A DNA stretch of 64,000 bases from Laetmonice hystrix (lineage: Eukaryota): NCBI GenBank assembly GCA_965235115.1, contig OZ249440.1, forward strand, positions 2,790,001 through 2,854,000, in the 5' to 3' direction. The notes below the pieces were generated by a model that did not search any database, was not told the DNA's origin, and saw nothing but the letters and a program-made list of their open reading frames with translations. Below, piece after piece: positions 12,246 through 27,200 of this stretch (positions within the stretch are counted from its first letter, which is position 1; the number at the start of each line of letters is the position of its first letter). A program made the translations under genes and the position numbers.

Positions 12246-15200
12246 CTGGAACACGACAAAAACACCTATATTACATTCTCAGTCTACTATCAAACCTATT
12301 CGAGCAGTAACTTCCATCCCGTTTACAGACCAATACAAAGATTCCCACTCCCTTGGTTACCGACACCCATTGGGTGGATTACTCCGGATACCAACAACTG
12401 GAGTGCCTTCCTCCACGGCATACCTGCAGAGAGTTTCGAAGACAACAGCATAGGTGGTCTGGCCCCGCTGGAGGCTCATCAGGATCTCCTCCGGCGTGCC
12501 CTTGCCGACGTCATTGAAATTGAGGCGGGTCAAGTCCTTGGAGCACAGCCACAGGAAGATAGCTCTGAGAAAACAGGTCAAGGTCATGGTCAAGGTCAAG
12601 AGTCAAGTCAAAGTTACTGCTACAATATCGTGGTATGTCTGGCATTGCTGCAGAATATTGTTACAATTTTACACAGCAACAAATAAAATTTCCTTCTTCA
12701 CATAAGATATCATGGTTACGTCCGTGAGAACAATTGAGGTACTTTACTCACCTGGCTTTCTCAAGTTCGTTGGTGATATCACGGGCATAGATCAGATGCC
12801 AAACTAGGTCCCGGAAACTGCTGTGCTGCTCCTTAGATACCTGTTATTGGAAGGAGGCAACAATTGTTAATCAGTTGCATAAAATATAACAAAGAAACTA
12901 AGCCATCGGTTCGGATTTTCATGTTTGAAATGGACACTTTACTTCTGCCTTTGGTTCTAGTGTGGTAGAAGCTTGACATACTCCTAGCCACGTGGGAATA
13001 CGGTGGTAGGTACACGCTCTCTCTGATTGGAGCTAGCTGGGGTCTTCAATAAATACAGTGCAGAAAGTGGAAGTGTTTGCCTACCTCGACGGCATGGGTG
13101 TCGACGTTCTTGAAGACGTCAGTATCCTTGAAAGGTTTGGGTGGTACGGGTGGAGGTTGTGGTTTGGGAGCCTGTGACTGTTGGTGGATGGGGATTGGCC
13201 TGAAGTGTTCCGGAGGGTTGATGGTGATGGTGGACGTGTAAACCTTGGGATTGTGTGGGGTGTACTCAGACTCAGGCTCCGTCGGGCGCTGTGCAGGCTC
13301 CAGGCCCTCTCCGAATGGATACGCCTCTCGGCCTCCAGGCGCTGTTGCTGGAAAATCATAATTCAGAGCCTCTCTTTCATTTTTGTATTTAAAAATAAAA
13401 TCCGATAACATAAAATCCAAAAGGAAAGGGCATCATCGTGTAGAACGTCAGCTGAAAGAAAATACTTCAATTTGGTATTCATTTATTTATTGTATTAGAT
13501 CCTTAACTGCCCCAACTGTGAGACTGAGCCTTGGACAATGACCTTGTGACCGTCTGCACTGACCACAGCCTACAATTAACGACTCATTGGTCCATCGTTA
13601 TCGTATTATCGTATTTTGTCATTGATACCAATGTTCTTGTCTCTATTTGAAGAAGACTTGTTTTATTGCACTGAGTAACTTTACAGTCAGATTAGCAGAT
13701 TGCCACGGAACGAGAAATAATTTATTTCCTGCTGATATTGAAACAAATTGCAGAATTTCTGTTACAGAACATATGTCATAATACTGCATAAATAACATAA
13801 GAAATGCTGTAATAAAATTTGCCGGTAACAATACTTTGCCTCACTCGAGACATACATTTGTTGTAATTCAAATGGCTCTGGCTATTCTCTAGATAAAACG
13901 ATACCTAAGAATTATAGATAAAACTCTACGAATTATTTCTCTTTCAAAGCACTATTTAAACGGAAGCCAACTGAAAGACGCAATCACTGCCAGTAAAGCC
14001 GGTAATATAAGCACCATGAATAATGACTTTATCGGCAATAAAATCAATATTTTTTTCGTCTCCATTAGAAAGATTTGTCTTCAGATCTTCAATTTTCCAC
14101 CTTACAGACTGGACTTGAGAACTTAGAAATGTGTCCCTGTTGTGGTATGTGTATGCCCTTTCTAACAGCTGAACGCACATTCAAATCTCCGAGTAGAAAT
14201 CAAAATTCTAATTTACACTTTATATGCACCAATAATCTGCAAATATATTCAAAAAGACTTTTCTTCTTACATCTAGACTGAGCGAACCCTTTGTTATCAA
14301 AGTGTTCTGATAATCAGAACGAGCCCCAATACGTTCACCTCCCCATCAAGTTATTTCTCTGAGAGAGCGGTTCCGGGCCCATACCTTCACCTCCCCATCA
14401 AGTTATTTCTCTGAGAGAGCGGTTCCGGGCCCATACGTTCACCTCCCCATCAAGTGATTTCCCCGAGAGAGCGGTTCCGGGCCCATACGTTCACCTCCCC
14501 ATCAAGTTAATTCTCTGAGAGAGCGGTTCCGGGCCCATACGTTCACCTCCCCATCAAGTGATTTCCCCGAGAGAGCGGTTCCGGGCCCATACGTTCACCT
14601 CCCCATCAAGTTAATTCTCCGAGAGAGCGGTTTCGGGCCCATACGTTCACCTCCCCATCAAGTTATTTCTCTGAGAAAGCGGCATGCAGGTTTCAAACCA
14701 GCGCTTACTCCAGACCTACGAGAGGTCTTCAACATGTAAGTTTGTTGGATTTTTTCTCGGAAAGACCGCTAGTGATTTAGTTATATTCGTCCTCTATGAC
14801 AGAAACCAAACGTTTCTCTGTCTGATCTTGATCTTCCGAGTTACAATACTTAGTATGATTGAAAAATCTAAACATTATCAACAAAGAGCTGTGCCGAATT
14901 GTTCCCCCGACTCTGCCTTAAGCCGATGACACTAACAGCAGTAAGTGCAACTCAAGGGGGGCAAGGAACTTTCAGGGATTCACAACACAACCAGCTAACT
15001 GAATATAAATTACGAAAAATTTTAATCAAAGTTACTTGCCATTCCAAATCCAGAACGGTACTACACGAAATGGTGGAGGAAGGGGAAAAGTAAATTTAAG
15101 TGGATTAATTAATACTGTGGAGTAGGTAGAGTCCTTTCTCTCTGTAACGTAAAACTTAAAGGTTTCAACTAATTATTTGTTACAACTTAGCGGGGTGTTA

Positions 15201-18200
15201 TTTGTTACAACTTATTTGTAATATTCTGGATATCAGGTTGTTTTTTCAATCAATACGCCACCGTACAATGGTCCTTCTACAATTTATGTGAGTAACATAT
15301 AATATATTTATTTTAATGCCAACAATTTTTTCTCAACAGACGTTTTCTAATTTACTACTACCTTGTTTAAGGATCAACTTCAAACTGAAAAGCGTTATAT
15401 TTCTTACGAACTCTTTAGTATAGCTGGAATTAACTGCGCTCAAACTACGTATCCATAAACTGTACCGCGCTCTATGAGAAAGGACGAAGTGAAAACTAGC
15501 ATATTTGTATAATACTAACACAACTAGCAGCCGACGTATCAAAAAACTGCAGAAATATCAAGCGCTGTGTGAAGAAATACGGCAGAACATGCTCTATCAA
15601 TGGCTACCAGCATGTAATTAGTATAACTCTACGTATCACAAGTTTTCTAATAACCTACAGCACACAACCATAACAAATTTGTTTGTTCTGCCAATCCCTT
15701 GATTCTCAAGCTGGGCCGATTTGGGACCATTAACAAATGGTGGACAGGCTTTCCGTGATATTTACACATCCGTAATTGGTCCCATCTCCGAATGAATCCA
15801 ATCAACAGTTAATTAATAAAATTATACTTGTTACAGTTTGGCCTTCGGGACCAACGCTGGGGCAAATTAACGGAATGATTTCACCGTTTTTGGTTTCATA
15901 AATCACTGACAGTCTTTCCCTCATCGCTTTCATAACTTTTCTTATTCCAGATTAATTATTTTGATTACACGCATTCCATGACTATTTGGATTACAGACTG
16001 GTTAAAATGCACCTCGAATTTTACCTGGCTTCCAGTTGGGTCCTTTATCACGAACCAAAGTTTGGACAGGAATCATAGCAACACACTGGCTTTAATAAAC
16101 TAACTGGAGTTCAATACCCCTATACCTTAGAAAACTCAGGTATATTACAATAATACATGTACATATTTTAGAAAGTTTTATTTACCCATGGTTATTATTT
16201 AGCAAGATGATGATAAATGGATGATGTCACGACGAGGACTAAAGAAAAAATCTCTTCTTCCTCATGCATTATAAAGTAATATAAAACATGCATTCAAACA
16301 GGGCTTAAAGTAATGAAACGGCCCTCTTCTATATCATCTATCCTGGATAAACATTCTTCACACTATCCGCTTTTCTTCTTCTCACAAACTAGAAACTGCC
16401 GCCAGGACTGGTTTGTATACTCACAATAATTATAATAGTCATAGGAGGCTAACATAGCAAGCATATCCAGTTAATAAGAAATAATCCAACAATACTGATG
16501 GAAATAATGTGCCTCTATCGTCATTAGTAGTCCTGGTACTTGTCATTTGAAAGCAATGAATGTGTCAATTTGTCGTTTCATTGCTTTCAAAATGATCACA
16601 ATCAATGTTCAAATACTTCTGTTAGTAGCTTCAACATTAGCAATAAATATCATTATAATGGTGTGTTATTAGTATGTCTAATTCATCTAGTCTCTTAAAT
16701 AATCATCTAAAACGTGTGCCATGTGGAAAATGACGTTCATTATAGCATTGTTATGAAATATCCTTGGAAGGTGTTTCTTTTTAATAAGGACGACACCACC
16801 ACAGTGTCAAAATCTATTAGTTTGAAATGAATCCACTACGTGTCGATTGTAGCAACTCTAGTTTCAACTCTTCACGCTAGGTGTCTTTGATTGTAAGTTT
16901 ATATCGTGACGTCAGAGTACGACTACCATTTATCGTTGACATACTTACTGAATCCGTATCGAGATCGTTCTAATTAAGTAAAGTCGTAAAACCAAACATC
17001 GTTAATATCATTATCATCAAGTCCATTGCAGGGCAGGGCAGTGACATTTAATTTTCGCGCTGTAGCAAACTGTTTCACCCGACTAAAAAAACGGTACGGT
17101 CACCGGCGACCTGCATCAATGTATGCCACCTCCACGCGGCGCTTTGAACACTCACATTTCCCTTTAACATCAGCTGCTCCCCGGATGCTTAGACTACCCC
17201 CTGCAGGCCCGTTCACAGCCCCCAATGGGGTCCTGCTGTACAGGCCAGTCTCCGGGAAGCGAATGTAAATTACTTTGTATACCCGTAGCAACACATCAAT
17301 GACATTTGGTGGGAATCTATCACGATATAGCCCCAACCCGAACATCTCACCCCGGTCTCCCGACAGGTGGGGGTAGTATAACCGCAAGCCGCCAGGTGGC
17401 GCCCCGGTAGACTAATCATCCGTCAACCCTGAGCCCTCTACAAAAGTCGTGCTTTATTGTACTTACCATGCGTGATGTCACGGGTATCTTGGCCTCGGAC
17501 ATCCTTCCCGTCTTGTGCTTGCACAGGGATGTAGCGGTTGTCTCCAGCGCCACCTGGTATTGAGATTCACAACTAATTACTCATAACAAATAACGTCCTC
17601 ACTAAGTAACAACACTGTACCAGGCAGCAGTGGCACTGCACCAGGCAGCAGTGGCACTGCACCAGGCAGCAGTGGCACTGCACCAGGCAACAGTGGCACT
17701 GCAGCAGTGGCACTGCACCAGGCAGCAGTGGCTCTGCAGGCAGCAGAGGCTTGGTTACCGGGGCTAGGGCGCGTTCTTCATTCAACCAAGCTTTATAGCA
17801 AAACATGCAATAATCACTTGAGCGTGCTCATCTGTCAAATTCCAGCCTATCTAGCACCCCCCCCCCCCTGCTAAACCCCCTCATCACTCCCTGCAATCTA
17901 TTACTACTTTCTAAAAGGATATCTTCACCTAAAATCCTGGGTTGAAGAAAACTAAAATTACAAACAAAAATAAAAGAAAGAAAAAAAAAATCACAATAAG
18001 TATTGAAGCCAGGAATAATCACTTGTAGCTGCAACATTATACTTTTTGTCAAGCACGCATTAAAAACTGCAACAGCCACTCACGAAATCACGAAGAGAAT
18101 CTTGGAAAAGAACTAAAATTGGTCACGAAAAAGACAGCCAAACAAGATCAATAGAGTTAAAATTAGTGAAAAAAATCTATCTGCAAACCAAATGGAAGCG

Positions 18201-21200
18201 TCTCATGCCTTGAGCGTAGCTGGCGTCACTTCCAAAGGACATGCCACCGCTAGGGGCGCGACTGCCAGAAATGGCGGACATCCGCGCGTCCTGGCCTCGA
18301 TCTGAAGTCGACATCTCACGTCGTTACGTCACAAGTTACGTCACACAATACATCGAACACACATGCGCGCGCATGCAGAAAGGTCACATGCAAGATCACG
18401 TGGACGTTATTTGAAGAACAAACTACGTTTTGCTAAACGAGTTGAATTTGCGAAAATTTTTGTGGATCCCTTGTCAATGTTTCGATATGTGACAAGGGTG
18501 GTACACGATTATACTGTTTTGTACAAACGATACAGGTAGGAAAATTACATAATACAAATTCAACTCGTTTAGTAAAACCCGAGCCCCATAATGGATTCGG
18601 AAACGTTCAGTGGGAACGAGATCATTCAGTATTTCAGAGCAGACCTCGGCCATTGTCTTAGATTAATTAACTACTACAGACCCGTTTGTAAACACCTGTT
18701 CACTTACATGGCCGAATCATATCCTTAACTATCATTCCGTTTGACAACTTCTATACATCTATCCTTTACAACAAGTACTGAAATCTGCTAACAATTACTA
18801 GGAGCACTGGCAGAAACATTTACAGACGGTGCACTCAGGGGCAATTTACCAAACCGGGATCCTCTCCCATCAATTTGCTCTAACCGGAACCAAACTATTA
18901 AATCTCAATTTTTTCTTGTACGAGTCACCAACTTGGAAAGTAAAATTTCATAACATAATTTTAAAGCTCATGATGTAATTACTTGTAGTCTAAAACGTTT
19001 TTAGGTGTCTTTTCTTTAACTAATGCTAGAGGAAATCTCTGATATTTGGCCACTCCGAGTTAGTCCAAAGACCGTGTATGAGTGAGTTTGTTCATGTTAC
19101 TGTAGGAGCGTGAAGTGCGCATGCCTGTTTTCTTGGTTGACCCTGGGGAGGCGCCACCAGCCGCGTCCTTGACCTCCGTGACCCCTTGACTGCCTGAAAG
19201 GGTAGCGCCAAGCATGCGTAGGTAAGAAAAGGAGCCAGAAGTAATAAGAGAAAGAAAAACCTGGAAATATTCCCCAATTAAATGCAGAATATAGAAATTA
19301 TGCACAAATATATCGAATGCACTATGCCAAGTTAGACAGACTAGGCAGACGATTCGCAATAGGGCATTCCCCGTTACAAGTTTAGCTAGACAGACGAAGA
19401 TATTGTGGTTAAACCATTACCCATTGAGCAACCATTATCTATTCATGATATGTGTATCAGTGCAGATTATCATGCATATTCCGTTTAGTATATCATAAAA
19501 CTGTGCAAATCACAATGTTAATAAACAAGTTGTTCCTGAAATCCAAACATCTTAAATACTGGACAAGAGTAAGCAGTTCATGACTTACAAAACATGACAT
19601 TAAGAAATGGCAACAGGTTACTACAAATCACAAGGCGCGTCACACTGGCATAGAGAGCGCACTGCGCGTACATTGTGACGTCACACATATAACATCATGA
19701 CTAATAACGTCACAAAACATACGATTGATGACGTCATACCGAGATCATGATTGAACCCGTAGGAACCCTGAGGTGCGTTCCAATAAGCCCGAAAGACGTC
19801 TTTGAAATGGTCGCTGAGCCCAAAGAAGTCTTTGCGGCGACGGGTGTTCCACTAACCTCCTATACTTTAACATTGCCCCCCCCCCCCCCCCACGTCTTGC
19901 TAAAGACGTCTTTCGTTAGTGGAACGCACCCCTGGTTCACTTTATATTTGCTATCTAAATCGTGCCATGCCACCAGCGACTAGTTACAACCACCACCAAC
20001 CCCCACCCACCTGCTTCACGTTACCGGCATGTACCACATCCCCCCACCCCCACCCCCACCCCCACCCCCACCCCCACCCCCACCCCCACCCCCTTGTGCT
20101 GACAGACGCTCACAGACGCTCAAAGTCTCAAGTCTACGAACGGCTTCCATACCACCGGCGCATTACGTAATGGCTCGCCATTGTTACGTGTCGGGTGTGT
20201 CCTATTTATAACTAGGTGTTTTAGTTATACATAAACGACCGACAGAGACTGAGTCCGGGGATAGATTGTAACAACATAGCATTGATAATAACCCAAGCTT
20301 TTCAAGGGGAAATCCCCGTTGAGAAATTCTAAAATAACAAAGAAAAAAATCCCCCTGAACTGAACAAATGAAATAAGAAAATAAATATCGGACTATGTAC
20401 ACAGCAAACGCGAAAAGTAGGCCGTGAATTCCACCAGACACACCCATGACGGTGGAGCTTGCCGTTTAGGCACTGGTGGACGGGTGTACCATAATTACAG
20501 ACCAGGCTCGTCGGCATGGTGGCATTTGGCGACGCTGGCTGCCACCCGGCACACCAGAGCCACCTAGTGGTGAGCCAAGTGAACCACTCGGAATGCGCGG
20601 AGGCAGGCTTGCCAAGTTCTGGCACGGCCTCAGTGAAATAAACTCAATGGACAAAATGGTGGCTGGCATGTAACTGACTAATAACAAAACCAGTTCAGGT
20701 TACGTGCTTGGAAGGTTAATTCTACGGCGGTAACTCGACACAGAATGCTTGTGAACATCATAGAAGTTCGAAACGTGTTTACCCAAGTTACAATACAGCT
20801 GGTTTTCAGGAGCCTCGAACCCACATGGCGACATCCGCTAACAGTCGATTGTAATTTACGACGGAGCTACACCAGTTTAACGGCACCGCTGGCGACATTA
20901 TAACGAAGATTGATATAATGTTATTCTATCCATAGAAAATAACTTCCGAGTGCAGTCCTTTAGAAAACCTGTTAGCTGATTTCGCCGGTGCAGATTTATA
21001 TGACGGGCTGTGCAGGATTGTGCCATGGAGGTTCAAGTGTACAGACACGAGTTTCTAATACACTGAGGGACGATTCGAACTATCGCTGGAGCGTTTGCCC
21101 TTTTTTTTTATTATATCTGATTATCGGAAGTGCTCAATATACCTTACGAGAACACAGTAAACAATTCGACCAGCATAATCGCAGCCAGGCCTTCTGACAA

Positions 21201-24200
21201 GGTTTTAGTACAAAGATCTTTGTCTCATATTTTGTGTTTTCTTTTGTCAGGATTATTGAACAGCGTGATAAGCAAATTTGAGTTTCCATTCATTCTTAGG
21301 TCCTTATTAAACCCAACAGATACATTAATTCCTCATATAAATACTTGTATGTAATTAGACTAACAAGCAATATTTCTCCTTCCACCCTTGGCCTGCCGTA
21401 GTAATCTATCCTTCCCCTTCACAGGATCTCTACAATGTACAAGAACACCCAAAACCTGCGCTTTCCGCCATGTTCTGCTGGTGGAAGTCTACATCCCGGC
21501 ACGTATAACAACATTTCTTGGCTCATCCCTCACTAGTTCTTTCATGTCCATTCCTTTTTTCCCACAGAATCAGAAATGCGTATACATGTACATGTTGTAA
21601 TAGTTTTTCTACACCATTGTTAATTATGATTTCCACCGCGCCAGTCGAAACAATAAATCAGTTAGAGTTTTTGCAGTTTTAAAGATTGACTCAGTCTTTG
21701 TACTGCTGTAAGCTCAGTCGTTGTACTGTGTTGTAAGCTCAGTCGTTGTACTCTGTTGTAAGCTCAGTCGTTGTACTGTGTTGTAAGCTCAGTCGTTGTA
21801 CTCTGTTGTAAGCTCAGTCGTTGTACTGTGTTGCAAGCTCAGTCGTTGTACTGTGTTGTAAGCTCAGTCGTTGTGCAGTTTTAAAGGATACCTCCGTCGT
21901 TGTGCAGTGTTAAAGGATACCTCAGTCGTTGTGCAGTGTTAAAGGATACCTCAGTCGTTGTGCAGTGTTAAAGGATACCTCAGTCGTTGTGCAGTGTTAA
22001 AGGATACCTCAGTCGTTGTGCAATTTAAAGGACAACTCAGATGTGCAATTTAAAGGATCACTAAATTGTAGTGCAGTTTTAAAGGGTAACTCAGTCATGC
22101 AGTGCCAAAGCTTGTTATCATTTCTCATGCTGTGTTAAAGGAGAGTTTACTCTAAGCTCAGTGTTAAAGGATGACTCAGCCAGAATATGGTGCCTCCTCT
22201 ACCTATTCTTCACTACGGGGAGCTTCAGCATCAGGGGCTTAGTCGTGAGGCCGAGGTATTTTAAAATACATGATGAAAGAAGATATTTTGATAAATGCAC
22301 GGATAATCCGTGCATCACAGGTTTCGGGGCCCAACATGTACTATACATTGGAGGATGTGGCGACAATTGAAACTTCAACCATTTCTCAAAATGACAAAAA
22401 TTATCAGTAATTTCAAAATTGAGGAAACGTTAAGGTATATAAGAAATGGCGTTGGGGGAATGGAATAAAATGGCCTCCCCGACACTGCCTCTGTCACAGA
22501 ACTCTGGTTACGATGTGGTTAACAGCGTTACAATGCAACCAGTCACGTGACATTAACCACGTGTGACGACAGCAGTCACATGACGGCGGTGAGTCACGTG
22601 ACGGGCGGTGCAAGGTGCAGTGACTTAGATAAAACCAGTAAAACACCATGCCTTGAGGTCGCTGGGTGGTAGCTCGCTTGTCACCGCTCACATAAACGAT
22701 CTCTACGGGCGACCCTCGGCGGCCGGCCGTTTGTTCTGTTGACATGAGCAAATAAACATAGCATGCGGGTCCTACAGCTAGGCAACGCGACGACTGCGCA
22801 GGCGTCAAGCTCCTGTCAGGGGCACCTACAGGGGGCAGCACCGTCTCCAGGCCACAGACAACATGGGAGCTTGGACCCAGGGTTGAGGGATTGAGGAAGT
22901 GACATTTTAACAGCTCCTAACGCTAAACGTCAATCTACAAGCTATTGAAGCCATGATTGGAAACAATGGTCGGGGCACGTACGACCTTTCTCTCGTCGTG
23001 TTACTATTATAAATATCAAAATCGCTTTCTCTGATGGCATAACACCAATGGAAATGTTGTCAGCTTTACACTTCTAACATTTCTTCTATATACCTACAGA
23101 CTGCCTTCCAGGAATCAATGAATACACTTTGGAATATTTAAATATCAACGTTTTGGGGTGAAAAAAATGTAAAAAGCAAAACGGTCAAAATTTTGACGCC
23201 CTAAATTTTTCAGTATCTGAATTAGAATTTTTGTGAATAATGATAGGCAAAATTGTGTGGCTTTTTGAATTGTGGATCTACGCCTATAAGGGGCAAATTA
23301 CTAACGCAGTTGTGTGTCATGTGTAACAGTGCGCGACAAAACATAAATCATTCAATTTTACAAGATCCTGAGGTCTGAGTGATTGTGGTGGATTGTGCTC
23401 TCTCTACATGGTAGGTGTGCGCTCCATCCGGGGAACTAAATCCTTCCCTCCGACTGCCTTGATCTGTACCAGCCGTCGTAAAGCAGCCTTACTTACACTA
23501 ACATCTCACCCAGTATGTGTACCAAGCAACTTAATTGATACCTTACATTTTAATCATTTTGATCCCGATAGAAAGACTTGCCGGATCTTTATGAAAGCTA
23601 GCACCTTACTGCTATCTCTGAGCGTTTGGGTCAGACTGCGGCCTTTCACGGCGGACCACGGGCAGCACTGGGGCAGAGTTCACAGGGCTATCATTGTCGG
23701 TCTGTGTGTCTCAAGGTGACACGAATTAACTCAAGGTCATATCGGCAGAAATTCCCGACACTTCTCACGCCCGTTAGTTTTCTTTCAAATCTTGAATGAA
23801 CTTCAAAATTGCTCGAAAAAATCATTTGGTCGGTTTAAAATTTACTTGTTGCCGAATGCTAGCCCCTGTGAAGTTTTGCCCATGCTGGTTGGTCCATGGC
23901 GAATATTAGCCCACTTAAAATTGTGGCGACACATGCCTGCAGGACGGCGAGACAGCAGGGGCGAACGACCTCCTGGCACGTAGACGACCTCCACGGGCTT
24001 CGACCCTGAAACACCGCACGGCAAAACTCAACAACTCAACAAAACGGCATGCAGGAGAGGGGGCTAGGGGGGGGGGGACGCAATGCGTTCAGAGTGCTAC
24101 CCTAACAGGACTGTCCACACATACGTCAGCGGCCCAGCCAGCCGCAGCAGCAGCCGCAGCCAGGAGACACACACACCGACACATCGACATTTACCTAACA

Positions 24201-27200
24201 TTAATCTGACCAATTTACCGCCCTCTGGCGGCGGTTTCCTTACTATCGTCTGCTTCCGGATTTAGAAACATAATTCTCCGGAGGGAGACGCTGACCTATT
24301 TAAATACTGAACGGGTACTTGCTGTATTGATTTTCTGTCCGCAGTTTCAATGACACCAACTAAAAATACCTTTAGCAAATAAGCATCTAATGCCGCGGAG
24401 ACCTGGTAATAGTATGTTACCAAATTTGTCTGAACTGAGCGTTCAGCCATTGGAATATAAAACCGCAGCCTTGATTTTCATATAACAAACTTTATAAACC
24501 TGCAGCTACCAACAGATATGAAAGCAGTTAACTTCAGAGAGACGAATTTTATATGATTTGTTGTTTTATTCAACAAGTTCAGGAACTTCAGTGAAATAGT
24601 CAGTAATTTTTTTGTCGATGTGTCTGGCGCTGCCCGATCGGCCCAGAGTATACTATGTGGACAACCCGTTAGGTCTGTTACTACCACACCGGACAAAATC
24701 AAGCCGTTACAAGGTGATGTCAAGGTCACAACAAGGTTATCTATCAATGTGGCCTTGACAAAACACCATGCTGTTGTTCACAAGAACCGCTAGGGGGCAC
24801 GGTTAGCAGGAAGTTCTCAACACTGACCGAATCACACTGAAAACCTCCAGCTACACCATACCGGTTGAGGCTTGGGCAGACTTCGAGACACTGAGTCTGA
24901 GTCTGGTGACCACATGGCTATAAAACACATTCATATACACGTAGGGAATCACTCATACAGAACGACGATCAAAATCAAGACAAACAGTCACACGTACGCA
25001 TATTGAGATCAACAGTAGGCAGAGACCTGGTTCACATTCCAGTCGGCGACTGCCAAGCGCCGCTGACTCCGACTGAAATCGCGGAGGTCGTCGCGCCGTC
25101 GCCGACCGCCCAGGCGACGTCAGATATTCAGTCGGCGACTGGAGTGTGAACCAGACCTACTTCTCCCGCACCACCAAACAACTCCTGTACAACCATCACC
25201 TTCCGACCCAAGCAGGCCTAACCACAACACTATCACCTTCGTATTAATCCGCTACTCCACGGACACGAGCTAACACCGTCCAACCTTACTTAACCTATCC
25301 TTACGGCTACCTCATTACATCAGCAAGCCTCATACCGCCCATTACAACTAGTGCTTTAACAAAGCCTTACTCTGCACCGTTAACTAACTCACCCTAGACC
25401 TCCTTCAAATAATAAAAGGCACTGCGGCCTTTCTAAACTTGAAATTTGTAAATCTAAAGAGTGCTCACGATATGGATCGGGAAAAAGAATGCCGGAACGC
25501 TAGCGAAAGCTGGGTGTCTCTGTCCGGTCAGTCCAAGAGGGTTGGGTTGGCGACCTTCTGACCCCACACCGTGCTGGGAGTTAGATATTACTGTGAAAAC
25601 ATCTCTTATTACCCCGACTATTTACCTCACACACCTCACCCTTAATTACGGTTAGAGCTGGGATTACCAGCTCACCAACCACCAAGGCCATCACCTGTAC
25701 TATTTGTATAACACCTGTATGATAAACGCTGACTACGGACCCAGGGCCTCGTTCTCAAATACTGAACGTACTGTTTGAACTTAAGCTCAAGGCTTCTGAC
25801 TGGCTGGTTGCAGTAGACCATTCAATCAGAAGGTTTCTGACTGGCTGGTTGCAGTAGACCATTCAATCAGAAGGTTTCTGACTGGCTGGTTGCAGCCATT
25901 CAATCAGAAGGTTTCTGACTGGCTGGTTGCAGTAGACCATTCAATCAGAAGGTTTCTGACTGGCTGGTTGCAGCCATTCAATCAGAAGGTTTCTGACTGG
26001 CTGGTTGCAGCAGGCCTCCAATCAGAAGGTTTCTGACTGGCTGGTTGCAGCAGGCCTCCAATCAGAAGGTTTCTGACTGGCTGGTTGCAGTAGACCATTC
26101 AATCAGAAGGTTTCTGACTGGCTGGTTGCAGCCATTCAATCAGAAGGTTTCTGACTGGCTGGTTGCAGTAGACCATTCAATCAGAAGGTTTCTGACTGGC
26201 TGGTTGCAGTAGACCATTCAATCAGAAGGTTTCTGACTGGCTGGTTGCAGTAGACCATTCAATCAGAAGGTTTCTGACTGGCTGGTTGCAGCCATTCAAT
26301 CAGAAGGTTTCTGACTGGCTGGTTGCAGTAGACCATTCAATCAGAAGGTTTCTGACTGGCTGGTTGCAGTAGACCATTCAATCAGAAGGTTTCTGACTGG
26401 CTGGTTGCAGCAGGCCATTCAATCAGAAGGTTTCTGACTGGCTGGTTGCAGCCATTCAATCAGAAGGTTTCTGACTGGCTGGTTGCAGCCATTCAATCAG
26501 AAGGTTTCTGACTGGCTGGTTGCAGTAGACCATTCAATCAGAAGGTTTCTGACTGGCTGGTTGCAGTAGACCATTCAATCAGAAGGTTTCTGACTGGCTG
26601 GTTGCAGTAGACCAATCAGAAGCGTTAAGCCTATACCTAAGCTTAAGCAAAATCTTCAGTATTTAAGAAGATGGCCCTGGCCACACCGGGCCTGATACAA
26701 GAAAACCATGCCTGAAGACGGTCTGCTGCCGGCGGTGGGCGTCTGGTCAGAGATGAGCAGGTCACTCGGTGGAGGTGGAAGGTCTGTGAGCCCTGTAAAC
26801 ACGCAGCACACACCATGGACCACAGCGCCATCTAACGGGCTGTCTACAAACCAAGACTTAATGGTAGTAGTTTATGGAAAGGCCCCGAAGAATCAGGCTC
26901 CAACGGACGACTCGCAGCTGGCCTTCGTCACGAGTCTACTCGCATTGTGTAACTCTTAGTGTTAGACAAAGGCTGATTCAACATCTCACGTTTCCCATTC
27001 TATTGTAGTGTCCCCCCAGGAGTTACAGATCCTCGGGAACACATCCTGTTTCCACTGTACATTTCTGTTCCGTAGAATACATTTAAAAACTTTTTTGAAA
27101 TGCGCTTCGATGCGCATTGAATCCACATATGGATGTGGTTTGGGTTCAATGCGATTCAATGCGCATTGGGAACCGTGTTGGGTGTGTCACGAACCGTATC

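Noticed and set aside
15500-15630. RRIKKLQKYQALCEEIRQ resembling a non-LTR retrotransposon endonuclease tail
   Set aside because: Short, bounded by stops, with no RT or other supporting motif nearby.
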